Translations under genes and position numbers: made by a program
Part shown: in pieces, positions 48,853 to 61,469 of the stretch
Layout of the letters: the number at the start of each line of letters is the position of its first letter
Numbering within the stretch: the first letter of the stretch is position 1
Notes under the pieces: model-generated
Seen by the model: only the letters and a program-made list of their open reading frames with translations
The model's database searches: none
Told to the model about the DNA's origin: nothing
Assembly: GCA_002269645.1 (NCBI GenBank)
Contig: NIVC01000042.1
Coordinates: 585,008-649,007, forward strand
From: Macrostomum lignano
Lineage: Eukaryota
DNA: 64,000 nt
Direction: 5' to 3'

Positions 48853-51800
48853 ATGCCGGGTCGTAACCAGCAGTCGTTGGATCCGGCCGATTTGCTCGAT
48901 CCATACGATGATTCAGACGAAGCGTCACTTCAGTCGTTTTCGGCTAGCGAAGACAATGAAGATGACGTTGAAAACTACGAGGAGGGAGGCGAGCCTGACG
49001 AGCCGCTGACGCTGGAGGATGACCCCAAACAGAGTCTATTGCAGCCGGATTCTTACAGCGAAAATTTTGACGAAGAAGATGAAGGGGAAGGTGAGGAGGA
49101 CGAGGCCGCTAGTGAGCTTCTATCCGGCCTAGTAGAGCAACCCCTATCGGGGCTGGAGCTTGCGCCGTTGGAAACGAAAAAGAAGAGGAAAAAGAGGTGC
49201 AAATGTTTTTCTGTTATATAAATTCTGACACGTCCAACTGTCTCGCATCTTAAAACTACTGAACAATAACTTAATGTTACTATTTCAAGAAATTAGCCTC
49301 ATCTTAAACGATTTTACTGTCTTATTTTAGAGTCTACACAATCTGTTCGTCCAACTGTAAATACGATGTTGGTAAGTTTATGTAAATGTTAATTTACTAG
49401 TACATGCAGTTCATGCTGGACCTTGTGAACTTTTTTACTGCTTAATTGTTGAAATTTTCCTAACTCAGTGCGCAACTGCGCGAAGAAACTTGGCCTTAGA
49501 GAGGCAGACGAAAATGACGATTGGAACGTGTTCTGGACTGACACCGCTGTCTCCATGGATCGAGCTTGCGCAATGAGAAAATACCAGGCAAGATTGATAA
49601 ATAATTCCTGTGTTAACAATTCATAATCATAGAGTAATTGTCTTTAATAATTGGATTTTGAATTTACAGAAAATTAATCACTTTCCTGGAATGTCGGAGA
49701 TCTGTCGGAAAGATTGTCTAGCCAGAAATTTGAGCCGAATGCGCCGCCTGTTTCCTAAGGAGTTCAACATTGCGCCCAGAACGTGGGTGCTGCCTGCCGA
49801 GTGAGTGCGGGACGCGGGGAAAAAGATATCCATGGACTGGGTTGAGATGCAGGGAGAGAGATAAAATGCAGAGAGAGAGATGCCGGGGTGAGATTCAGGG
49901 AGAGGGATGAGATGCAGGGAGAGGGGTGAGATGCACAGAAAGAGAAAGGGACGAGATGCAGGGAGAGGGGTGAGATGCACAGAAAGAGAAAGGGACGAGA
50001 TGCAGGGAGAGGTATGAAATGCAGGGAGAGGAGTGAGATACAGAAAGAGAGAGATGAGATGCAGGGAGAGGGGTGAAATGCATTGAAACTGGGAAAGGGA
50101 TGAAATGCAGAGAGAGGTGGCTGAGATGCAGGGAGAGAGAGATAAGATAGACGGAGAGGGGTGAGATGCAGTGAAAGAGAGAGGGACGAAAGGCAGGGAG
50201 AGGGGTGAGACGCACACACACACAGACACAGAGAGAGAGAGAGAGATGACATGCAGAGAGAGGGATGAAATTTAGAGAGAGGGGGTGAGATGCAGGGAGA
50301 GGGATGAAATTTAGAGAGAGGGGGTGAGATGCAGGGAGAGGGATGAAAATACAGAGAGTACTTCATGCATCCATCTGCGGTTGTGCAGTAGTGTTCGCAT
50401 CAGGTTTCACATAACTAAGCTCTAAGGTTAGGACCTCTGTCAGCTATTCATTCGGACATCAACACAGTTATTTTTCATATGTCTCACAGATTCTATTTAT
50501 TCATAATCAATTTCAAGCCTTAAAGAAGAACTATCTCTAATATATAATACTGGCATAAGAGTGGCTGTTGAGACGAACATATATAATTTTTTTCAGCGGC
50601 CAAGAGCAGCGAGTGTTAAAAAGAAGAAAAAGCAATAAAACACTGATACACCCCCCACAAAATTCTGCTGCTATTTTTCGTGCCCAGGTAAAACTTGCCT
50701 TGCCTACCTAGGGCTTCGGGGCTATTGTAATGCTGACTACTCCAATGCTAGAGACTTTATTTTCGCCATCTTTGAAGACATTTCGGTCGCCGTAGTCAGC
50801 TTAGTCTCATTATATAGCCTTGGAAATTGGCCTGAGAAAAAACTGCAGAGTTCAACTGTTCTATCTTCTATACACTGCTTAATAGTTTGTTTTAAATGCG
50901 TTTATTTTTAACTAGAATGGCACCCATGCCAGGCGTGAATTGCTAGCGGACCAAGTATTTCTAATCGTCTTTCTCATCTAGTTTCTTGTTTTTAGCTCAT
51001 TTGGATTCCTGCAACTGGCTGTCTGAGCCACCCATGGAGATCTTTAAATAAAATCTGGAGTACCAACTCTCATCTAAACCTTTTCTCTAAACCCTGCCGA
51101 GTTTCCTTTCTAAACCCCGATGAGTTTCCTTTCTAAACCCCGATGAGTTTCATCTCTGATCTAAACCCCGACGAGTTTCCTCTCTAAACCCCGATGAGTT
51201 TCCTCTCTAAACCCCGATGAGTTTCCTTTCTAAACCCCGATGAGTTTCCTTTCTAAACCCCGATGAGTTTCCTCTCTAAACCCCGATGAGTTTCCTTTCT
51301 AAACCCCGATGAGTTTCCTTTCTAAACCCCGATGAGTTTCCTTTCTAAACCCCGATGAGTTTCATCTCTGATCTAAACCCCGACGAGTTTCCTCTCTAAA
51401 CCCCGATGAGTTTCCTCTCTAAACCCCGATGAGTTTCCTTTCTAATACCCAGATGAGTTTCCTCTCTGATCTAAACCCCGACGAGTTTCCTCTCTAAACC
51501 CCGATGAGTTTCCTCTCTAAACCCCGATGAGTTTCCTTTCTAAACCCCGATGAGTTTCCTTTCTAAACCCCGATGAGTTTCCTTTCTAAACCCCGATGAG
51601 TTTCCTTTCTAAACCCCGATGAGTTTCCTCTCTAAACCCGATGAGTTTCCTTTCTAATACCCAGATGAGTTTCCTCTCTGATCTAAACCCCGACGAGTTT
51701 CCTCTCTAAACCCCGACGAGTTTCCTTTCTAAACCCCGATGAGTTTCCTCTCTAAACCCCGACGAGTTTCCTCTCTAAACCCCGATGAGTTTCCTCTCTA

Positions 51801-54800
51801 AACCCCGATGAGTTTCCTTTCTAAACCCCGATGAGTTTCCTTTCTAAACCCCGATGAGTTTCCTTTCTAAACCCCGATGAGTTTCCTCTCTGATCTAAAC
51901 CCCGATGAGTTTCATTTCTGATCCACCCCGATGAGCTCTATCTCTCAGACCCTGCTGAGTTTTATCTCTAAACTCTGCCGAGTTTCATCTCTAAACCCTG
52001 ATGAGTTTCCTCTCTAAACCCCGATGAGTTTCCTCTCTAAACCCCGATGAGTTTCCTCTCTAAACCCCGATTAGTTTCCTCTCTAAACCCCGATGAGTTT
52101 CCTCTCTAAACCCGATAAGTTTCCACTCTAAACCCCGATGAGTTTTCTCTCTAAACCCCGATGAGTTTCATCTCTAAACCCCGATGAGTTTCCTCTCTAA
52201 ACCCCGATGAGTTTCCTCTCTAAACCCCGATGAGTTTCCTCTCTAAACCCCGATGAGTTTCCTTTCTAATACCCAGATGAGTTTCCTCTCTGATCTAAAC
52301 CCCGACGAGTTTCCTCTCTAAACCCCGATGAGTTTCCTCTCTAAACCCCGATGAGTTTCCTTTCTAAACCCCGATGAGTTTCCTCTCTAAACCCCGATGA
52401 GTTTCCTTTCTAAACCCCGATGAGTTTCCTTTCTAAACCCCGATGAGTTTCCTCTCTAAACCCCGATGAGTTTCCTTTCTAATACCCAGATGAGTTTCCT
52501 CTCTGATCTAAACCCCGACGAGTTTCCTCTCTAAACCCCGACGAGTTTCCTTTCTAAACCCCGATGAGTTTCCTCTCTAAACCCCGACGAGTTTCCTCTC
52601 TAAACCCCGATGAGTTTCCTCTCTAAACCCCGATGAGTTTCCTTTCTAAACCCCGATGAGTTTCCTTTCTAAACCCCGATGAGTTTCCTTTCTAAACCCC
52701 GATGAGTTTCCTCTCTGATCTAAACCCCGATGAGTTTCATTTCTGATCCACCCCGATGAGCTCTATCTCTCAGACCCTGCTGAGTTTTATCTCTAAACTC
52801 TGCCGAGTTTCATCTCTAAACCCTGATGAGTTTCCTCTCTAAACCCCGATGAGTTTCCTCTCTAAACCCCGATGAGTTTCCTCTCTAAACCCCGATTAGT
52901 TTCCTCTCTAAACCCCGATGAGTTTTCTCTCTAAACCCCGATGAGTTTCATCTCTAAACCCCGATGAGTTTCCTCTCTAAACCCCGATGAGTTTCCTCTC
53001 TAAACCCCGATGAGTTTCCTCTCTAAACCCCGATGAGTTTCCTTTCTAAACCCCGATGAGTTTCCTCTCTAAACCCCGATGAGTTTCCTTTCTAAACCCC
53101 GATGAGTTTCCTTTCTAAACCCCGATGAGTTTCATCTCTGATCTACCCCGATGAGCTCTATCTTTCAGACCCTGCTGAGTTTTATCTCTAAACTCTGCCG
53201 AGTTTCATCTCTAAACCCTGATGAGTTTCAAGATGATTTTCAAGAGGAAAAGAATGTTTCCGGAAGACTTTCACTCCAGTCACTGGTTCTATAGGCCTCC
53301 TTGATTAACTGGAGTTTGCAGACTGTCGGAATTGTGGGCCGTTATATTTTAGCGACACAAGAATGAAAGATTTTGAAACTGATTGTCCAGTCGTCTATTC
53401 AAATATTTGCTTTTTACGTGGACTAAAAATGTACACACGCAGAAAGGTACACTCACATCAAACTGGGCTAGCGCTCTCTTCTTTTCTCCGTTGGTTTGCA
53501 ATTCATCCAAGATGAGTTAAAGAGTATTAATAATTTTATGAACTTTTATCTACTAATTGAAATCTTTCAGCTACGCCGACCTGCAAGCTTATGCTCGTTC
53601 AAGGAAGCACCGAACTTACATTCTTAAACCCGATGCTGGTTGCCAGGGACGCGGAATCTGGTTCACCCGCTGCGTTAAGGATATCAAACCAACAGATAAC
53701 TTGGTGTGCCAGCTCTACGTGTCACGGGTTTGTACTTTTAACTGGTACATATGAATGAGCGGAGAGCCGATTTTCGGTAGGACACCCTTCCCCGATTCAT
53801 TTGCCTACCACCCTTTCTCCGATGAATTAGCCCACCACCGCTTCTCGCGATGAATTAGCCCACCACCCCTTCGCGCGATGAATTAGCCCACCACCCCTTC
53901 GCGCGTTCAATTAGCCCACCACCCGTTCGCGCGATCAATTAGCCCACCACCCGTTCGCGCGATCAATTAGACCACCACCCCTTCGCGCGATCAATTAGCC
54001 CACCACCCTTCTCGAGATCAACTAGACCACCACCGCTTCTCACGATCAATTAGCACACCACCCCTTCGCGCGATCAATTAGCCCACCACCCCTTCTCGCG
54101 ATCAATTAGCCACCACCCTTCTTGAGATCAACTAGACCACCACCGCTTCTCGCGATCAATTAGCACACCACCCATTCGCGCGATCAATTAGCCCACCACC
54201 CCTTCTCGAGATCAATTAGACCACCACCACTTCTCGCGATCAATTAGCACACCACCCATTTGCGCGATCAATTAGCCCACCACCCCTTCTCGAGATCAAT
54301 TAGACCACCACCCCTTCTCGAGATCAATTAGCCCACCACCACTTCTCGCGATCAATTAGCACACCACCCATTTGCGCGATCAATTAGCCCACCACCCTTC
54401 TCGAGATCAATTAGACCACCACCCCTTCGCGCGATCAGTTAGCCCACCACACCTTCTCGAGATCAATTAGACCACCACCCCTTCTCCCGATCAGTTAGTC
54501 CACCACCCTTCTCGAGATCAATTAGCCCACCACCCCTTCACGCGATCAGTTAGCACACCACCCATTTGCGCGATCAATTAGCCCACCACCCTTCTCGAGA
54601 TCAATTAGACCACCACCCTTCGCGCGATCAGTTAGCCCACCACACCTTCTCGAGATCAATTAGACACCACCCCTTCTCCCGATCAGTTAGTCCACCACCC
54701 CTTCTCGAGATCAATTAGCCCACCACCTTCGCGCGATCAGTTAGCCCACCACACCTTCTCGAGATCAATTAGACCACCACCCCTTCTCCCGATCCTTCTC

Positions 54801-56323
54801 CTGGAGTGAACTTTCGATCTGCTGGGTTCAGTAACCTAACTTTCAGGAGGGCCAGCAAACTCTCACGGCACCAGGGAGTAGGGGATCGGGACAAATGAAC
54901 TCCTTCCCTGATTTATTAGCCCACCACGCGTTCCTCCTGTCCATTAGATACCGCCACCCCTTTTTAATTTCGGCAGAAAATTTAAGGAATTATACTATAC
55001 AAAGCAGAGAAACTACAAACTGATTGGGTGGGGTGACTGAAATTTTGGATTAGTACTTATAGTAATCGGATACCTTACGATGTTTGCCTTACCACTCAAA
55101 GCTGGCGCCAGCAGAACTTTCTCACGACTGTCTAAAAACAGTGGAAATGTAAATCAATGTTTTTCTTCCAATTCCTTTCACTGACACGCAGCCATTCCTG
55201 ATTGACGACTATAAATTCGATTTGCGAGTCTACGTTCTGGTTGCCGGGTGCGATCCGTTTCGAATTTTTGTATTTAAAGACGGCTTGGCAAGATTCACCA
55301 CGGTTAAGTATCGGGACCCGTCAGCCGTCAATCTGGTGAGCTGCTCATAAGACTCGAGGGTTGAGGAGGGCACGGCGTTGTCCTTTTGAAAGGTCTGGGC
55401 GTGAGGTGGGTGCGGTGTTGTCGTTTTGAAGAGGTCTGGGTGTGAGGTGGGTGCGGTGCTTCGTTTTGAAGGGGTCTGGGCGTGAGGTGGTGTGGTGCGT
55501 CGCGTCGTTTTGAAGAGCTCTGGGCGTGAGGTGGGTGTGGTGCGTCGTTTTGAAGGGGTCTGGGCGTGAGGTGGGTGCACTAAGTTGCTGACTTGGAAGG
55601 TAGTAGACGTGGCCTTCCTAATTTTCGACTGGGTCGTTAATTCATTGTGTAACGCTGTTTTTTAGGTTGTTTTTAAGACAGAGGGCCTTGTTATCTTTCT
55701 TTTTTGTTTATATCCTCAACCTGATGCAATCAAACCATGAAGCAAGTCGCTGCAATTCCATTCTGTTTTTCAAGGACAACGTATACATGCATTTGACTAA
55801 CTATGCCGTGCAGAAGAACTGTCAACAGTATGTGCGCAACGATGAAGAGGATGGCACTAAAAGGTTTGTAGGACAAGCATTTCAGCAGGATGAAAACTTT
55901 TTAACACTAACCTCATCCCCATGCCAGGCACCCACCTCATCCCCATGCCAGGCACCCACCTCATCCCCATGCCAGACACCCACCTCACCCCAATGCCAGG
56001 CACCCACCTCACCCCCATGACGGACACCCACCTCACCCCCATGCCAGACACCCACCTAACCCCCATGACGGACACCCACCTCACGTATTTCTTTTAGACG
56101 AATCTCAACCATCAACCGTTGGCTAGCCAAAAATGGCCATGATGTAGCAAAGCTGTGGTCAGACATCGATGACGTCATCATCAAGACGATCCTATCGGCG
56201 CACGGAGTTCTTCGGCACAACTATCGCAGCTGCTTCCCGGACACCGGTCCGTCATCCGCCTGCTTTGAAATTCTCGGCTTTGACATCATTCTGGACAGGA
56301 GTTTGAGGCCTCTTGTGCTTGAG
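48853..56323 (+). CDS. TTLL6: TTLL6/TTLL13-like tubulin polyglutamylase, exons 1-8 (frame intact)
   Basis: join(48853-49196,49331-49371,49469-49587,49670-49800,53571-53727,55192-55335,55775-55863,56098-56323); motifs KINHFPGMSEICRK, KPDAGCQGRGI, KFDLRVYVLV, MHLTNYA, CFEILGFDIILD. Confidence 0.93.
49850..50365. repeat. GA-rich degenerate repeat (GAGATGCAGGGAGAGGG), TTLL intron 4
   Basis: Purine-rich tandem units. Confidence 0.85.
51080..53225. repeat. 23-bp satellite (AAACCCCGATGAGTTTCCTCTCT) with higher-order duplication
   Basis: Tandem units; variant blocks recur at ~825-bp offset. Confidence 0.95.
53830..54790. repeat. 28-bp minisatellite (GATCAATTAGCCCACCACCCCTTCTCGC), TTLL intron 5
   Basis: Tandem units. 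Confidence 0.93.
55370..55580. repeat. Degenerate ~40-bp repeat, TTLL intron 6
   Basis: Repeated TTTTGAAG..GTCTGGGCGTGAGGTGGGTG. Confidence 0.8.
55905..56082. repeat. 24-bp minisatellite (ATGCCAGGCACCCACCTCATCCCC), TTLL intron 7
   Basis: Tandem units. Confidence 0.9.
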
Positions 56324-56384
56324 GTGAGCCACTAGAGGCAGATTCGCTCAGCTACTCAACTACTGTGCTACTCCCCTTATCTGC

Positions 56385-56990
56385 CTAGCTACTCCTCTCA
56401 GCTGCTGAGCTACTCCCTCAGCTACTGAGCTACTCCCTCAGCTACTGAGCTACTCCTCTCAGCTACTGAGCTACTCCCTCAGCTACTGAGCTACTCCTCT
56501 CAGATGCTGAGCTACTCCCTCAGCTACTGAGCTACTCCCTCAGCCACTGAGCTACTCCTCTCAGCTACTGAGCTACTCCCTCAGCTACTGAGCTACTCCT
56601 CTCAGCCACTGAGCTACTCCCTCAGCCACTGAGCTACTCCCTCAGCTACTGAGCTACTCCCTCAGCCACTGAGCTACTCCCTCAGCCACTGAGCTACTCC
56701 CTCAGCCACTGAGCTACTCCTCTCAGCTACTGAGCTACTCCCTCAGCTACTGAGCTACTCCTCTCAGCCACTGAGCTACTCCCCTCAGCCACTGAGCTAC
56801 TCCCTCAGCTACTGAGCTACTCCCTCAGCCACTTGAGCTACTCCCTCAGCCACTGAGCTACTCCCTCAGCCACTGAGCTACTCCCTCAGCCACTGAGCTA
56901 CTCCCTCAGCTACTGAGCTACTCCATCAGCTACAGAGTTACTACCTCAGCTTCTCCCCTGAGCTACTCCCTCAGCTACTCCCTCAGCTAT
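56385..56990. repeat. 20-bp minisatellite (GCTACTGAGCTACTCCCTCA)
   Basis: Tandem units in TTLL intron 8. Confidence 0.93.
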
Positions 56991-57479
56991 TATGCAGAGA
57001 AACATTAACACATGTCTACTTGCATACAGCAGGTATTGAAATGTACAATTGGCAAAGCTCTCAGCCGTGGCCCAATTCTATACATCAATGCCCAACGAAA
57101 GGGTGGTAAAAGAAACAGCTGGTCCCCCCAATGATCCCATTCATTATCCCTGCCAAAATTCTAGGCCTCAATAGACACACGGCAAACTCTTAGGAGACTT
57201 CCTGAAGACGGTTTTAAGTCCTCCAGACGACCCCGACTTCTTCCTTCTTTCGTCCTCATTTTGCTGCATCCTCTTTGCTGTATTTTTTAAAGAAGTATTC
57301 CAGTCGCCTTACAGCTGCACAGACAGAGCTGCAATAAAAAAATCGCTCAAGTTTGCCTTCCTTTGTAGTCCAGCCATGAAGGCCTATAGGAGTCTAGACC
57401 TGCACCGGGAATACCGGGGTCTTCCCGTTTAGCACCCCTCGTTTTTAGACAACTGTAGGCTCCACTGCAGTTTATTCAC

Positions 57480-57522
<43 letters not shown>

Positions 57523-58015
57523 GTGTGTGATGTATTGTGGTGTGTGTGATGTAGTGTGGTGTGTCTGCGATGTAGTGTGGTGTGTGATGTAGTGTGGTGT
57601 GTGTGATGTAGTGTGGTGTGTGTGATGTAGTGTGGTGTGTGTGATGTAGTGTGGTGTGTGTGATGTAGTGTGGTGTGTGTGATGTAGTGTGGTGTGTGTG
57701 ATGTAGTGTGGTGTGTGTGATGTAGTGTGATGTGTGTGATGTAGTGTAGTGTGTGTGATGTAGTGTGGTGTGTGTGATGTAGTGTGGTGTGTGTGATGTA
57801 GTGTGGTGTGTGTGATGTAGTGTGGTGTGTGTGATGTAGTGTGATGTGTGTGATGTAGTGTAGTGTGTGTGATGTAGTGTGGTGTGTGTGTGATGTAGTG
57901 TGGTGTGTGTGATGTAGTGTGATGTGTGTGATGTAGTGTGGTGTGTGTGTGTGATGTAGTGTGATGTGTGTGATGTAGTGTGGTGTGTGTGATGTAGTGT
58001 GGTGTGTGTGATGTA
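57480..58015. repeat. (GT)n followed by a 19-bp unit (GTGTGATGTAGTGTGGTGT)
   Basis: Tandem units. Confidence 0.93.
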
Positions 58016-58119
58016 GCCTACAGTTGTCTAAATATGGGGTTCTACGAATACTGCATCCAAAGGCCTACGTTGTGTAAGTATTGGATATAAGGCCTACAGT
58101 TTTTTTTAAATGGTATCCT

Positions 58120-60200
58120 AAGGCCCACAATTGTTTAAATATGGCATCCCAAGGCCCACAATTGTTTAAATATGGCATCCCAAGGCCCACAATTGTTTAA
58201 ATACGGCATCCTAAGGATTACAATTGTTTAAATATGGCATCCTAAGGCCTATAGTTGTTTAAATATGGCACGCCAAGGCCCACAATTGTTTAAATACGGC
58301 ATCCCCAAGGCCCACAATTGTTTAAATATGGCATTCCCAAGGCCCAATTGTTTAAATATGGCATCCTAAGGCCTACAGTTGTTTAAATATGGCATCCCAA
58401 GGCCCACAATTGTTTAAATATGGCATCCTAAGGCCCACAATTTTTTAAATATGGCATCCTAAGGATTACAATTGTTTAAATATGGCATCATAAGGCCCAC
58501 AGTTGTTTAAATATGGCACGCCAAGGCCCACAATTGTTTAAATATGGCATCCTAAGGATTACAATTGTTTAAATACGGCATCCCAAGGCCACAATTGTTT
58601 AAATATGGCATCCTAAGGATTACAATTGTTTAAATATGGCATCCTAAGGCCCACAATTGTTTAAATACGGCATCCCAAGGCCCACAATTGTTTAAATATG
58701 GCATCCTAAGGATTACAATTGTTTAAATATGGCATCCTAAGGCCCACTTGTTTAAATACGCATCCCAAGGCCCACAATTGTTTAAATATGGCATCCTAAG
58801 GCCTACAGTTGTTTAAATATGGCATCCCAAGGCCCACAATTGTTTAAATATGGCATCCTAAGGCCCACAATTGTTTAAATATGGCATCCTAAGGCCTACA
58901 GTTGTTTAAATATGGCATCCCAAGGCCTACAGTTGTTTAAATATGGCACGCCAAGGCCCACAATTGTTTAAATATGGCATCCTAAGGCCTACAGTTGTTT
59001 AAATATGGCATCCCAAGGCCCACAATTGTTTAAATATGGCATCCTAAGGCCCACAATTTTTTAAATATGGCATCCTAAGGCCTACAGTTGTTTAATATGG
59101 CATCCCAAGGCCTACAGCTGTTTAAATATGGCACGCCAAGGCCCACAATTGTTTAAATATGGCATCCTAAGGATTACAATTGTTTAAATACGGCATCCCA
59201 AGGCCCACAATTGTTTAAATATGGCATCCTAAGGATTACAATTGTTTAAATATGGCATCCTAAGGCCCACAATTGTTTAAATACGGCATCCCAAGGCCCA
59301 CAATTGTTTAAATATGGCATCCTAAGGCCTACAGTTGTTTAAATATGGCATCCCAAGGCCTACAGTTGTTTAAATATGGCATCCAAGGCCTACAGTTGTT
59401 TAAATATGGCATCCCAAGGCCACAATTGTTTAAATATGGCATCCTAAGGCCCACAATTGTTTAAATATGGCATCCTAAGGATTACAATTGTTTAAATATG
59501 GCATCCTAAGGCCTACATGTACAGTTGTTTAAATATTGCATCCTAAGGATTACAATTGTTTAAATATGGCATCCTAAGGCCTACAGTTGTTTAAATATGG
59601 CATCCTAAGGATTACAATTGTTTAAATATGGCATCCTAAGGCCCACAATTGTTTAAATATGGCATCCTAAGGATTACAATTGTTTAAATATGGCATCCTA
59701 AGGAATACAATTGTTTAAATATGGCATCCTAAGGATTACAATTGTTTAAATATGGCATCCTAAGGATTACAATTGTTTAAATATGGCATCCTAAGGATTA
59801 CAATTGTTTAAATATGGCATCCTAAGGAATACAATTGTTTAAATATGGCATCCTAAGGATTACAATTGTTTAAATATGGCATCCTAAGGATTACAATTGT
59901 TTAAATATGGCATCCTAAGGAATACAATTGTTTAAATATGGCATCCTAAGGATTACAATTGTTTAAATATGGCATCCTAAGGATTACAATTGTTTAAATA
60001 TGGCATCCTAAGGAATACAATTGTTTAAATATGGCATCCTAAGGATTACAATTGTTTAAATATGGCATCCTAAGGATTACAATTGTTTAAATATGGCATC
60101 CTAAGGATTACAATTGTTTAAATATGGCATCCTAAGGCCTACAGTTGTTTAAATATGGCATCCTAAGGCCTACAGTTGTTTAAATAAGGCAGCCCAAGGC
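58120..60200. repeat. 31-bp satellite (ATGGCATCCCAAGGCCCACAATTGTTTAAAT)
   Basis: ~2.1-kb array; the GCCCAC variant is replaced by GATTAC toward the 3' end. Confidence 0.96.
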
Positions 60201-60329
60201 CTCTTAATAGTTGTCAATAAATTCTGGCTCTAAATCTACATAGTTCTGTCAAAATCTGCAAAATCTGTAACAGAATCTTAACAGATTATACCCAACTGCG
60301 ATTCAAAGTTCAGCCAGCGAACAATAAAA

Positions 60330-60620
60330 GTACATTTGATAAAAGCTAACGAATCCGTTCTTATTACTTGGGAAGCATTAATTTTCAGCTCCTATATTTC
60401 TACTTCATCTATTGTGTCTGCTCACCAACGCTCGGATGCCAATTCCCTCTCCTGCCTCAGCTTCTATATGAAAGTGCGAGTGCTCAGCATTGTAAAATTG
60501 CCTTTGTCTGATGCCATCCCAGCCAAGCTGACTCTGCGCTGCTCCCTGATTGAATGAATAGCTCTCATTCTTCACTCTGTCTAGATTTACTTTTGCTTTC
60601 ATCCCTTGACACATCAGATT
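60330..60620 (-). pseudogene. Possible degenerate LINE reverse transcriptase fragment
   Basis: AKVNLDRVKNESYSFNQGAAQ and ELKINASQ loosely resemble the GVxQG and GLxIN regions of RT; YADD not recognised. Confidence 0.3.
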
Positions 60621-60729
60621 TTTTTCCTATTGTTCTCGTTAGCCTTGCATCATTTCCAAAGCAACGTCAATGTTTCAATGTTTTGAAATGCGTGAGAATG
60701 CGCAGCTTTCAATCCGTAGAACCACTACC

Positions 60730-61370
60730 TGAAATCACTCCATATGAGAATCACTCCATATGAGAATCACTCCATATGAGAATCACTCCATATGAGAATC
60801 ACTCCATATGAGAATCACTCCATATGAGAATCACTCCATATGAGAATCACTCCCGTGAGAATCACTCCACTTGAGAATCACTCCATATGAGAATCACTCC
60901 ATATGAGAATCACTCCATATGAGAATCACTCCCCGTGAGAATCACTCCACTTGAGAATCACTCCATGTGAGAATCACTCCACGTGAGAGAATCACCCCAC
61001 GTGAGAATCACCCCACATCAGATACTCCAGTGAGAATCACTCCATGTGAGAATCACTCCACGTGAGAGAATCACCCACGTGAGAATCACCCCACGTAAGA
61101 ATCACTCCACGTGAGAATCACTCCATGTGAGAATCATATATGAGAATCACTCCGTATGAGAATCACTCCCCGTGAGAATCACTCCATGTGAGAATCACTC
61201 CATGGGAGAATCACTCCACGTAAGAATCACTCCATGTGACAATCACTCCATGTGACAATCACTCCATGGGACAATCACTCCACGTGACAATCACTCCATG
61301 TGAGAATCACTCCATGTGAGAATCACTCCATGTGAGAACACTCCATATAGAAATCACTCCACGTGAGAAT
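60730..61370. repeat. 16-bp minisatellite (AATCACTCCATATGAG)
   Basis: Tandem units. Confidence 0.93.
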
Positions 61371-61469
61371 AACCCATTAAGTCATTAGAATCACCCACTG
61401 AGTCATGAGAATTACACTGAGACCCTGAGAAATACTACAAAGCACGAATCCTAATCTTTACATCCGCAG

